A stretch of 63,168 nucleotides of DNA, filler included, from Choristocarpus tenellus KU-1152 (lineage: Eukaryota > Protista > Phaeophyceae): NCBI GenBank assembly GCA_964200185.2. It is 13 parts of 13 records of this genome, joined end to end, with 100 filler letters (N's around TTAATTAATTAA, not from the genome) between each part and the next. Parts side by side here need not be neighbours in the genome. Positions count along the whole stretch, not along the records: positions 22,673 to 27,131 come from CAXNAD020014454.1; positions 27,232 to 33,339 come from CAXNAD020008918.1; positions 33,440 to 38,215 come from CAXNAD020013102.1; 10 more parts are not named here. One strand, given 5' to 3'. The notes below the pieces were generated by a model. It was not told the DNA's origin and ran no database searches. It saw only the letters and a list, made by a program, of their open reading frames with translations. This document shows positions 25,503 to 38,315 of the stretch, piece after piece (position 1 is the first letter of the stretch; the number at the start of each line of letters is the position of its first letter). Both the position numbers and the translations under genes were made by a program.

Positions 25503-26291
25503 CTGCATGCGAACAGGGGTTGGCAGCACCAGAACGGATCAAATATCAATGGGAACATGAGTGCTCGGGTTAGGGTTAAGGATACCTTTAAACAAAAAGA
25601 AAAATTGAGATGGCGATTAATACTATTTCGATATAGGGTTAGGGTTAACATAATTGTTGTCTCATACTAAGAAACAAATGAAGGAGTGAATGGCTGTCAG
25701 AATAAGCCCAAGGACCAAGCTCCCTCGAGTTGACATTCCACTGAGGTGGTCGGCATTGACATGCCAACGGTTCTCCTATGAAACCATCCACAGACTTTTG
25801 CTGGATCTTGTTCTGGTCTGACCATTACAATCTGTTCTGATTCACTCCACCTCAGAGTGACTGGGGATGGTGGCTGTGGCTGCACAGATCAGGACTTCTG
25901 TACAGGCATTGGTCTTTCGTCTGTTAGTCACCCTTTGCACCTAGTCCATGACACGTCACTAACAACACCATACACTGGGACTGAATGGTGACAGATTGGT
26001 AGTGAAGCTAGACTACACTAATCTTTATTATGGCAATGCACGTTCTGTAAAGCCAGATATTAGCAGGGTCCACTTGCTATTAGCACGATAGTCAAAATTC
26101 ATGAGCCCAAACGGATGTGGCCCTACCCTCTTAAGTGCTTTTGGTCTCACATTATGCAATTTGGTTCCTCCAATTGCTCAAACTCAGTGAATAGTTAGTT
26201 GAGTTCAAATTCAAGGATGCTGACAAGTATTAGCGCAAAATTGTGCACAGGATACTCTGTGCACACCGTGTCAGAAATCTTTCCAACAGCA

Positions 26292-26475
26292 GACCCAAAG
26301 TATCTGGGGGGGGGGGAGGCGGAGGTCTACAGCAGAGTGTCCATTTGGACCAAAACCAGGAAAAGGGTACTTTCATTATCCATCCAATGTATGGAACCAA
26401 ACCACACAAAAATCGCGACATTTAAAAAATTGGTCCCAAATGGACAGCCGCCACCCCCCCCAGATACTTTGAGCC
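26292..26475 (+). mobile_element. MITE family B (related TIR with poly-G); partial ends also at ~19404, ~22552, ~26500, 44138-44212 and 54091
   Basis: GACCCAAAGTATCTGGGGGGG ... CCCCCCCAGATACTTTGAGCC; shares AAAGTATCT and subterminal GTCCATTTGG with family A. Confidence 0.7.
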
Positions 26476-27677
26476 AGAGTCAAAAGCGGGCGCCGGCACC
26501 CCCCCCCCTCAGATATTTTGACCCAGCAGTGAAATAAACACGCTCTCAAGGTCAAACTTAGAACTTCATTTATATAAATAATAAAAATGTGGGTGAATTG
26601 CAGGAGATTGAAAAACAGACTAAAAACGCACCCCCCCCCCAAAAAAAAATATGGGTACCCTCTCCGTTGCCTTGGGTCGACTGGAGTATTACGAGGGACG
26701 AGAGCTTAGAACTTAGGGTTAGGTTGGATGGTGATCAAGAGGGATGTGTATGGTATTCCAATGAACCAGCGCCTCTCAATGTCAAGAGCATTGTGGCCAA
26801 GGGGATGGGACTGATCGAGGTTCGTGCGGCAACATCCCCCTTTGGATCATGTTATGGTTTTGACTCCTCCTCTCAGAGTGCTGACGAAGACCTCAACCGG
26901 TGTCATCATCGTCATCATCCCTACCAAACCATACTGAGAAAGCTAATGTTTCTAGTCAATATGACTCCCACCAGACCTGCCCAACAACAGTAGTGCGAAA
27001 AAATGAGGACAGCTGCGTTGCTACACAGTATCACCCTGTATGTTACAGTAAAAGGGGGCTACAACACGTACTGTAGTATGTACCTTGGAGGAGCTAGTAA
27101 TGCAGGAACACATTCTACAAGGGGTGGGGGGNNNNNNNNNNNNNNNNNNNNNNNNNNNNNNNNNNNNNNNNNNNNTTAATTAATTAANNNNNNNNNNNNN
27201 NNNNNNNNNNNNNNNNNNNNNNNNNNNNNNNCCCTATACACAATCTAGGAACCACGCACACACACACACACACACAGACGACTTTGCCTACAGGGGCGAC
27301 AATAACCAGTTACATGTACGGAGGTTATCTGATATGATAAGCAAGGGCCTCGTGAAGCATTTATTTATTTTTGAAGTGTACAGTACGGAATGAATGGAAC
27401 GAACAGGGGGGGGGACTCTCGTTCGTCAGGGTGGTGTGCAAAAAGAGGAACAAAAAAAAAGACGTAATTCGGAATCAGTTTGATTTTTTTTTTCCTCTTT
27501 TTCCTCTTTTTATTTTCTGTTTACGAACCGCCGCATCGGCGGCAGCGGAGTTTACGTCGGAGACACTTACTGCTCCAACAGGACAAGGAACGAGAGTGAA
27601 AGGGGTGGCGACACAAGCCAGTGGGGGAGTGAGACGGTCCCCGTGAATGTATTAGAACTTCTCGTATGCCAAGTTTG

Positions 27678-27701
27678 TTAGGGTTAGGGTTAGGGTTAGG
27701 G
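27678..27701 (+). repeat. Interstitial (TTAGGG)4 within an intron
   Basis: TTAGGGTTAGGGTTAGGGTTAGGG; shorter or degenerate versions near 12196, 24720, 25567, 25635 and 52035. Confidence 0.85.
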
Positions 27702-27783
27702 TAAGGAAAGGTTTAGAACTTGTTCGGTGTCCGCAGCCGGTACTACTGTCCCCCTCCCATCCGCTGGCATTGATCCATACCTA

Positions 27784-28944
<1,161 letters not shown>

Positions 28945-31900
28945 ATCTGGTAATGAGCAAAGGATAGTTGATAGAAGCAATCAACTTTATGAAAAGCTGG
29001 AACTGGGTTCCAAAGTAGCGTACCAAGGTCAACTAAGGCATCACCGTCTCTACATCTTATCGCAGACCTGCAGGAAAGTCGATAGTTTGCACTGTGATCG
29101 TTGCACTCTTTTCTTCAGGAAAAGATGAAGTGGGATGTCGTCCTCTCACTTGGAAGGTTTATGTTACAGGTGTGGATTAAGAAGAAGAGTAGTGGTCCAA
29201 AATGCAGGTATACCCCCTACCTATTCTGGACGAAAAGGGGTATAAAATATAAATAGGGGTATAAAATATTCTAATGTGTTCTTCAACGCCTCTCTTTCTC
29301 CAAAAACGGATCTTGTCGTCCTTTATGGTTTCAGAACTTCGTTGTGCATTCGTTTGTTCGTTAAGAATAAATAATCTATTTTTTTTTGTCTATATTTTTT
29401 GTTCAAGAATACCACATAAACCTCTTTAACAGTTACAGTTCTGGTATTATATATGTATTATATACATTCGAAACGTTACATTTTCTGTCAACTACAACCT
29501 ATCACAATCAATAAGTGACGTCATCGACCAGATAGGTGGAACAATACCTCATACTAATTTGATCACCTACAAAGAAACATACTTTCTACTGTGATAAATA
29601 TGATGGGTGGTCTGGCTTTCATGTCCACCTCAATCAATAATTTGATTACAGAGAAAATTGGTACATCATTAGTGTTGATTTTTCTGGTTCGAATCCTTTC
29701 AAAAGTGCCACACTTGTTTCTGTTCACGAAATTTGGTTTTGATTGTCCCGTTCCATGTGAGAACCACAACTGATTGTACACCTATGTTGCCCTTCAGACC
29801 AAGCAAACGCCTAACCAAGATCAATGTAGACAACCTCAAGGGGGTTCGATCAGAAGATCTGAGGGAGGAGGTGGAGTGAAGACAGGTGAGAGTCCTCGCG
29901 AGAAGCACCAGAGGAACAGAGTCAGTACCACATTTAGTCGCATAATATATTGTTAAGTACTACTACCTCTACAATTGTTTTGAAGTATAACATCTCTTGT
30001 TTAACAAAAAAACTATAAGAGAAGCGATGGGTCATACATTCCACATGCAATTAAATATGTCGTTTTTTCGTAAGGCGTAACAAGATTTACACAAATACGA
30101 AAAGAATATTCCAGACAGTAGGGTGGAGGAATTAAAGGGTGAAGCCGAGATATCATCAGTGTTTTGGTTTTGAATCAGAAGGCATATTTTAATTTTTTAG
30201 ATAGATCAAAAGAATATACCTCCGTGTGAAATAACTGATTGGGTTTGTGCGGTTGGATGTTTGAAATATCAGGGTGAAGTTGTGTTTAGACAATGCGACT
30301 GGGTGAAGGGTACATTGTACTTAGGTACGCTCCATCCCCAGTTGTTGTTGGTGCATATATAGCACTTCGAACTAAATCAATTGAGAGGTAGGCAGGATTG
30401 GACTCTTTTGCATTTCTAGGCCATCTTTCTTGCACTGTGCAATACGCTCTATTTCATTGCTTTATGTGCACAATATAATATACGCAAAATTGACATACCC
30501 ACTTTCCACACACAAGTTATACACAATTAAATGAAGGTTCTTTGTGGATCGTGTGATTCCGAGGTGACGTGGTTCACCCAGACAAGGGTGGTGAAGAGAA
30601 TCACCGGGCAAGACGGACCAGACGGACCAAGACAAACCGTAACCGAGAGGATGAGGTTAAGGTTGGACAAGCTCAAGACTGCAAGGACTTGCAGGAAAAT
30701 CGTAGAGTGATGATAATCTTACGAGAGGGGGATCATGACAAGAGTCAAAACGTGACAACAAAGAGAATCTTTGATGCGTGACATCTCTGGTTGAAGAGAT
30801 GTCCACTACTTGTGGGATTGATCTCTCGAAAGATTCCACACCTCAATTATTCGTAAGACCTTCCACTGGATTAGGGGATTCCTGACAAAGAAACCTCAAT
30901 CGGTATAAAGGTATATTGCAAACGGAAAAAACGGTATAACGACAAACCTGCTTTCCGCATCACCCCCCCTTCTGATGGACCTTGAAGCCATGTAAATATG
31001 ATCCAATGTCAACCAAGAGGTGAACTCTGGGAGCGAAATAGAAACACGTGTGATTGTTAGTATACTATTGCGCCATTTTATTACACGACTCCACTAATAC
31101 ATAATGGAGTAATATATAAACAAGGCATTAAAGAATATCTGATCAGGATAACATTAGCCTAAGGTTGATGGTATGTGTTCAGCATATCACTCAAGCTTAC
31201 AAGGTCGGAGACTATGGGATCAGCATATCAATCAGGCGAAAGACAAGGTGAGAGGTATACGTGACCAGCATATAGGTCTCGTGTATCTCGTATAAACAGA
31301 GGATACTCAGAATGGGGGTACGAGGAGCAAACACTATAAGATGTCAATAATAGATTTGACTACGTTTGTGATCTGGCATTGCTATACAAGTGTTATACGA
31401 TGACTTTGATCACTACTCCGTAGCATGAAAACAACATCACGTGTTTCATGATCAATATCAACACGGCAGATGACAAGATCAAGATTATGCACCCATTCTC
31501 CTTCCTCAAATTCTGAAATCGATTGGAATGTTGCAAACGATGACTACAATATTCCAAGTGAACAACTTGGAGGTACGATGTTGGTGACTCAACTCTCCAA
31601 AACGGTACGAGGTGACTGTACGGTCATTACATCATGCCTGGGGGATCATACCACTCGAAAAATAGAATAAATAACATGTATATGACTCACCTGAAGTCTC
31701 CATCTCTTATCTAGTGGTATACTTGAATCTTTGTTTTTTAATGGGGATAGTAATTTCATGATGATTAATAAATCCATTTCATGAACAAGTGACATGATGT
31801 AATGAACAGCCACCCCCAGCACACGGGTGGTAATGTGTTCGTTGATACGGGCTCTTCACCGCTGCACGTGTCCACTCATGCAAACGAGGAGAGTTAAGAG

Positions 31901-32386
31901 ATAAAATTATTTGTATTATTAATTTATCCAAATCCACCAACATATATGTATAATCTATTTGCAAGGATTGATAAACCTGGTAAACACGAGATGCCAAGTC
32001 AGAGCTGGTCGTGAACAGTTTAACTGACACCTATTACCAGTTATCTCATCTCTTCACAAAACTATAGACTATACACATCTATGACGAAATGACACACAAA
32101 CCATCTTTCTAAACTAGATCGTCAACCTATGTAAAGGATTTCGGTATGTGATAACACGAGATCTGGCCAAGACACACAAGTAATAAAAAACAAACACACA
32201 AATAAACAAAACAAAATGGCAAGGATCTGTACCACGTATATATTCAACAATGTCTTTACTGAAACGATAGGTTACAATATTACGATAATGCATGATATAC
32301 AGACTATGCAAAGGAGTATGTTAACAGTAAATATGAATTCTCAAGTCAACACTATGTGGGACGAGAACTTTTCTGGTTATCTAATC

Positions 32387-32645
32387 GAGCTAAAGTATCT
32401 TAGAGGGTAGAGCCGTGTCCATTTGGGGGCTACAATCCAATGTTGCGATTTTGATGTAATTTTGGCTATCGTGTTTGCTATGAATTGTCAATATCCTTAT
32501 TCCAGACACACCATTTCATAACGTATACATTTTACCTACTCTGAAATATTTTGGAGTAGGAAAATGTCATAAAAAAACCCATGGGAAGTCAAGGCCCAAA
32601 TGGACAAACAGGGCAAAACTCGTACCCTCTAAGATACTTTCACTC
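32387..32645 (+). mobile_element. MITE family A, full copy
   Basis: Both TIRs intact; flanks AATC / AATC. Confidence 0.9.
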
Positions 32646-33296
32646 AATCCGTTTACTGCACGATAGGGTGCAATCATTTAACGGCATTGTGGGATCTGTT
32701 CTATTCTTTTGTGAAGAACACGGTCCATAGCCACAAAGACGAAGGCGATAGATAACATTAGTGGACGAAAGACGACCAGGACCAGGTCTATGTCCAACAA
32801 TGTTATCAATAGTGTATTAACAGGTTGAGATATTTGATGATCTACATCCGATAATGGTAATGGTTTTCCCAGAAACAAATAATCCAATTAATTCAAATCG
32901 GGTGTGGGAGGCTGGACTTGAGGATAGTAGCGCTTCATTCTACCCAGATGAACGGAAAATGGACGTGGATTTCCAGGTAATACTACCCTGTACATGATGG
33001 GTGATGCCATGGACTGTATTTCATACAGACCCCTCCAAGGGTGAAGTAACTTCGGATTCAGACCGTCAGTACTCTAATGTGACCTATGGACTGGAAATTG
33101 ATCAACAGGTATGAAAACGGGGAAGACGAGACGTTGGTTAACACGCTCCTGATTTTTAACGTCTTCATGGAGGTTATTGTTCGATTAGACTCTTCCAAAT
33201 CTATCGGACAGTTACGGTTATGTATGGAGTAAGAAAACAATTAATTATTGGTTGAGTTATCATAAACTTTTACTAGTGATTAGTTAATGAGAAAAA

Positions 33297-33339
33297 GAGC
33301 CAAAGTATCTTAGAGGGTAGAGCCGCGTCCATTTGGGGA
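33297..33339 (+). mobile_element. MITE family A, left end at a contig break
   Basis: GAGCCAAAGTATCTTAGAGGGTAGAGCCGCGTCCATTTGGGG. Confidence 0.85.
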
Positions 33340-35964
33340 NNNNNNNNNNNNNNNNNNNNNNNNNNNNNNNNNNNNNNNNNNNNTTAATTAATTAANNNNN
33401 NNNNNNNNNNNNNNNNNNNNNNNNNNNNNNNNNNNNNNNGGGGGGTACGGAACCCTACAGAGAATAAAGTAAAGGTATGCACTCCAATCTCTACACACAA
33501 AAAGGTGCCCAACTGAAAAGCATCTATACCAATCTTGCATGGTAAGATCAACATATCAGAACTAGAAACGCGTTCTCAGATATTCGCCACACAAGGTGGC
33601 AGATCATGTTAATTGCATTGGAAGACCAAAAAGAAAGGACTAGGTGCAAGTGCACCCATTTTATTTACAAAAACAAGTGCACATGCTGCCAAAGTGCTTT
33701 AAAGGACCTCAATAACTAGTATTGCACACAATCAATCGCAAGTATACAAAAAGAGAGATGTGGAGCATCATCTGTGATCAGCAGGGTTATGACAACATTC
33801 AGCGTATGTATAGATGAGTTTTGAAGTTGGATAGTGTCACAGCTGCTACGTGTGCGTATGCTGTGCACACAGGCTTCTTTCACGCAGGATACACAAACAA
33901 AAGATATTCCAGTAAAAATTACAAGGCAGTTATCAATACAGAACAATGAAAGTATGAATAGATTCAATCTCCAAAGGTTTATACAAATGTATTTCTGTAG
34001 GAGTTGATGCAAGTATTGGAGCATGAACTCAGTCAGCACATATGCACGCACCTCAACTGTGTGGGTGACGAAGTTGTGCTCTTTACGATACTCAGCAGCC
34101 GCCATACTGTGGAGCCAGGTTACGGTATCATTTGGGTTGGCGTGTATCATATACCCCTCATCATGGATCACCTTAGGGACACAGGGGAATATTAACCAAA
34201 GATATGCTTGCCAGCATACATTGCACAGTCACTTACTACGTGACTCAACTCGCATCAAGAAATCAGATCTGTAATATTAAGAGTCTTGACCACCGGATAT
34301 ATGGAAGAACTTCACAGTAGCGATTACGTATTGATGTAGATAGCTACAGCATGACGATATTCGCAAAAGGTCGGCAGGGTACCTATCTCTCCGAACCCTG
34401 CAGCTTCAAGTGATGGAGCATATCAAATGTATGCCCTCGATGTCTTGTTACTGCATCAACGAACAGATGACAAGGAGCTAGGGTCATAAGGCACTTGAGA
34501 AAAGTTGTTTCGTCGACTGATAGATACGCACCACTTCAATGTTTATATGACTGTCCCGTTCCGATTCTCTAGGGTAGCGAGTCACATCCCCCAGAACTTC
34601 CTCTTCCTCCCCCTCCTCTTCAATAATACTCATATTCAATTCCCAAGCTTTTCTGCTTGTCTCGTTCGTTTTTGCTGTGAACGGCCGTCGACGTCTGGTG
34701 TATCGTCTCCTTCGAACACGCGTCCCATTATCAACCGGAGCAGGGAGCCCAAGGTTGGCGGAGGTGAAGTCACGGAAGGACGTCGCGTAAGTCCTATTGA
34801 GAAGAGAGTAAGCAGTGGCGATGGGGTGGGCATCAGCCAGGTAGATACAAAAGCGACCTTCAGGAGATTCTCTATGCTCTCCCTACCAGCGATAACTGAG
34901 GAAGAGGGCTCAACTGCGCACAACAGCAGAGAGTGTGCACGGATGGATGCATACCTCTGCATTACGACCACATCATGCAAAGGTTTGTTATTCACTTTTC
35001 TCACCATCCTTCCGGGTCGCAAGGGGTATACAGAGTATCCAGGGCCCAGCCTTCTCTATCCACCCACTCCCATCCTGGAGGAGGGGGGTCATTTGGAACA
35101 TCTCGTCCTCCTCCCCCATCGTGGTCGCTATAGCGACCAGGGTCAGACTTGAGAAGGAACCTACCACTCCATCCCTAAGGAATATTTTCAAGCATGGTCA
35201 TGAATCGGACTAGGTTCATTCAGGAAAACGTCAATTGGTAGGTCTCAGGTGGTATAAAACGTTACCACAGTGTAGGATACATCTGCTTCTACTTCACAAT
35301 ACTTCAAGTGTTTTAACACAGAAGACATATCCCGAGCAGGAAACCGACAGAAGCTTAAGAAGTAAAATTGCTTGCAACTCGGCTAAACGTAGAAGTTAGA
35401 TATCACTATGATAGTACAAGACAGAGACCTTGTATTTCAAGTCCTCTCACACAGATCACCCTTCCATATTCACTCAATTGTCCCCCATTCACGGACCTCA
35501 AATGGTCTAATCCTCTGATTCTCAAATACTTCGTCGACTTCTTCGCCTGGTAGGGCTGTAGTTTGCAGATGAGTTGCCATGTCGAATGCAAACCCTCGGA
35601 ATTGCTGTTACCGAGTCTCCTCCTCCCTCCAAGCAAAGGCGAGGGGTGAATATTTCCCTTTATTAAATCTAAAATTACTCTTTGTGACTTGATTGGATCC
35701 ACAGAATATAATAATGATTTGATAAATTTTTGATATCTATTTTTACGTCGTCATTACTCGACTACTCCAAGATGAAACTGTAGAACTGTAATTCTGCAGA
35801 AGCAAAAGTTACAACGGTCAATCCCCGTATTACTTCAACTACTAATAATACTGCTACTACTCTACTCTGTTGTGTTAACGAAGTTGAATCAAAGATGTAC
35901 ACAACTCAAAAAATAAGCCTGAAATGGGTAATCTGTATCACTAGTTATTATTATTAGGAAGTGC

Positions 35965-36300
35965 ACCTTCCTTGGAATGCCATTCTTCGCTCACCAACCT
36001 ACCTTGTATCACTATCCATGCACTCATACCACTCCTGTTTGATAGTAACTCTCATGTACCAAACCTCAACTCCAATCCCAAATTTATCAACATCATCTTC
36101 TAGGAGACATGCCCACCAGTTCTTCTCCTATCCACCTTGCCTCCCTTTCTCACTTGCAAGGTCCCCAAACACACCAATGTCTTGAGTAGTTGCTCATCCC
36201 CCATCCAAAGAACTGACACAGCAAGTTGATAGGAGCTTCCACCTCATACTCTCACACCCAGTCATTGTAAAAGAGCGTGTGTTCATAGGAGAGGACATGA
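35965..36300 (-). mobile_element. 3' end of an RTE-like LINE with a (TAA)n tail
   Basis: Diverged inverted match to 37040-37362; GCES motif shared with ~13500; followed on the minus strand by TAATAATAATAA (~35945-35957). Confidence 0.6.
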
Positions 36301-37039
36301 TTGAAATGTTTCCATTTATTTGTAGAAACCTTTGCAGTGGAGGAAGAAATTGTGATGATGTAAGGGGAGCTTCAGATAATAAGGCTGGTGGAGTGTCCAC
36401 GCCATGCAACTATAAAATAACAGATCTTCCAGTAGCTAGCTTTCAGCATTCGAATATTAAGTTCAAGTGATCGAGACACCAGAGGTCCTGCCATAAAGAA
36501 CTTGGTTGTATTAGTGAAAGCAACTCAAAGCTTTCTGAAATCGTCCTACATTAGTACTACGGTCACTGATTGTTCTTTTGCCCCAAGCGAAACAAAATTA
36601 TCAGTTTCCTTCTAGGTCTGGTCCAATGCTTGAGTCTGTATATTTTTTGGCAATTTGATCAGTAGAAGGGCAAAGGCACATAGTCTCCATCTTAAATTTT
36701 GATAGAGTTAGACCCGAATGATGTGACCACCATCATAAGCACTCTCGTCATCATCCCGGTCAACCTTCTTGGGTCTTGGAGAAAATACCCACATCATCAG
36801 CTTAACACATACCCGCAAATGTCCACTCCCTACTGCCAGAGGCAGGGGTGATTTTTGTCCAGTTTTAGGCTGAAAAAATACATCCACTTTGCCCCCACTC
36901 TATTATGTCAAAAAATCATCTATTCTGGTGGGACCACCTACCCCTGACACAGATTGGTATGTTCTATTTTGAAGCGGATATCTATATTTATTTACAGGAC
37001 TACTCCTGCGATGCTGTGACGGTTTGTAGATGTGTTCGG

Positions 37040-37362
37040 GTCATCTTGTCCTATCCTACAAAGATTCCTTGGTGTGAGAGAGTGTCAAGTAAACGTTGCC
37101 CAAGCAGACAGCTCCTATTTGTCGGTCAGCTGCTCGCATAGTGGGGGATGAGCGATTCCCCAAGATATCGATGTCTTGGGGAGCTTGAAAGTGGAAAACA
37201 GAAGAATAAGAGGTGGACATGTTTCTTCAAGACAACCTTGACAAGTTTGGGATTGGAGTTGAGGGTTAGAGCTCAAGCGTCACTAACCAACAAGAGTGGT
37301 ATGATTGTCCGGCTAGCACTACAGTGAGGTTGATGGGCAAAGAATGTCATTTCCAAGGAACT
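37040..37362 (+). mobile_element. 3' end of an RTE-like LINE
   Basis: Fragments RQLLFVGQL...GDERFPKISM.GEL...RWTCFF.DNLDKFGIGVEG...QEWYD across frameshifts. Confidence 0.6.
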
Positions 37363-38160
37363 TGTGATAGGTAATGCACGTGACACCAAAGCAGCACCTA
37401 TGTATGGTCACGCAAGCCACCAACACAGGACCACCATCACTGTCTGATGAATGCTGTTTCCTATGTTGGGCTTAACTCTCTTCAATCCATCATTTTCACT
37501 TTCTTCTTTTCTGAGATGAAAAAAACTCCATACCAAGGTATACCTTCAAAATTACCCTTGCTTTTAAGATGTTACCTTTGACTCTGTAATCTGATACAGC
37601 ATTGCTTCCTAGTGACGTAAATATCAGGTTGATGAGTAGAGCTTGCAACCCACGGTCATCCATTTCCCTTGTCACTCCTTTCCTGAGTGGCCGTCTTGTG
37701 CTTGCTTGCGCTTCTTCTGCATTGTCTCTCCTTTCCATTCCTCCTGTTAGTGTTCCCCCTCCCCTTACTGTACATACTTCAAGAACCTCTCTACGAGTTT
37801 CGAACTGTTTCACACTTCTCCTATGTTTTTTGAGTGATGTCTTTCTTGTAGGTTCTACCCTTACTATTCATACAATGTTTTTTTTCTTCTTTCCTCATCT
37901 TACAATAGTTTCTTTTCTTTTATGGTCTTTGTTCTTATTGTCAAATGATCTGGATTAGTTCTTTGTACGACATTTTCAGTTACACATGTACGATCCCTAA
38001 CACTAGTAATTATAGAATAACCAACATTTGATATGAAACCCTTATATTGTTTCGGGTATGACGTCGATTTTGGGGTGCGGCGAGATCTCACAAAAATGAA
38101 ATGAAAAATGTTCGATCTGTTTTTGTGTGGAATGTTGAGGATTGAAGACTATGGGGATAT

Positions 38161-38204
38161 AACAGTGGATTTTCAAAATTGAGGCAGGAGCGGGACTATG
38201 AGGA
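38161..38204. repeat. Short dispersed repeat; inverted copies at 48448-48490 and 48560-48601
   Basis: AACAGTGGATTTTCAAAATTGAGGCAGGAGCGGGACTATGAG versus CTCATAGTCCCGCTCCATCCTCAATTTTGCGAATCCACTGTT; both at contig edges. Confidence 0.7.
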
Positions 38205-38315
38205 AGGTTGTTTTGNNNNNNNNNNNNNNNNNNNNNNNNNNNNNNNNNNNNNNNNNNNNTTAATTAATTAANNNNNNNNNNNNNNNNNNNNNNNNNNNNN
38301 NNNNNNNNNNNNNNN

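Noticed and set aside
27678-27701. Chromosome end
   Set aside because: Only four units, located inside an intron with unique sequence on both sides.
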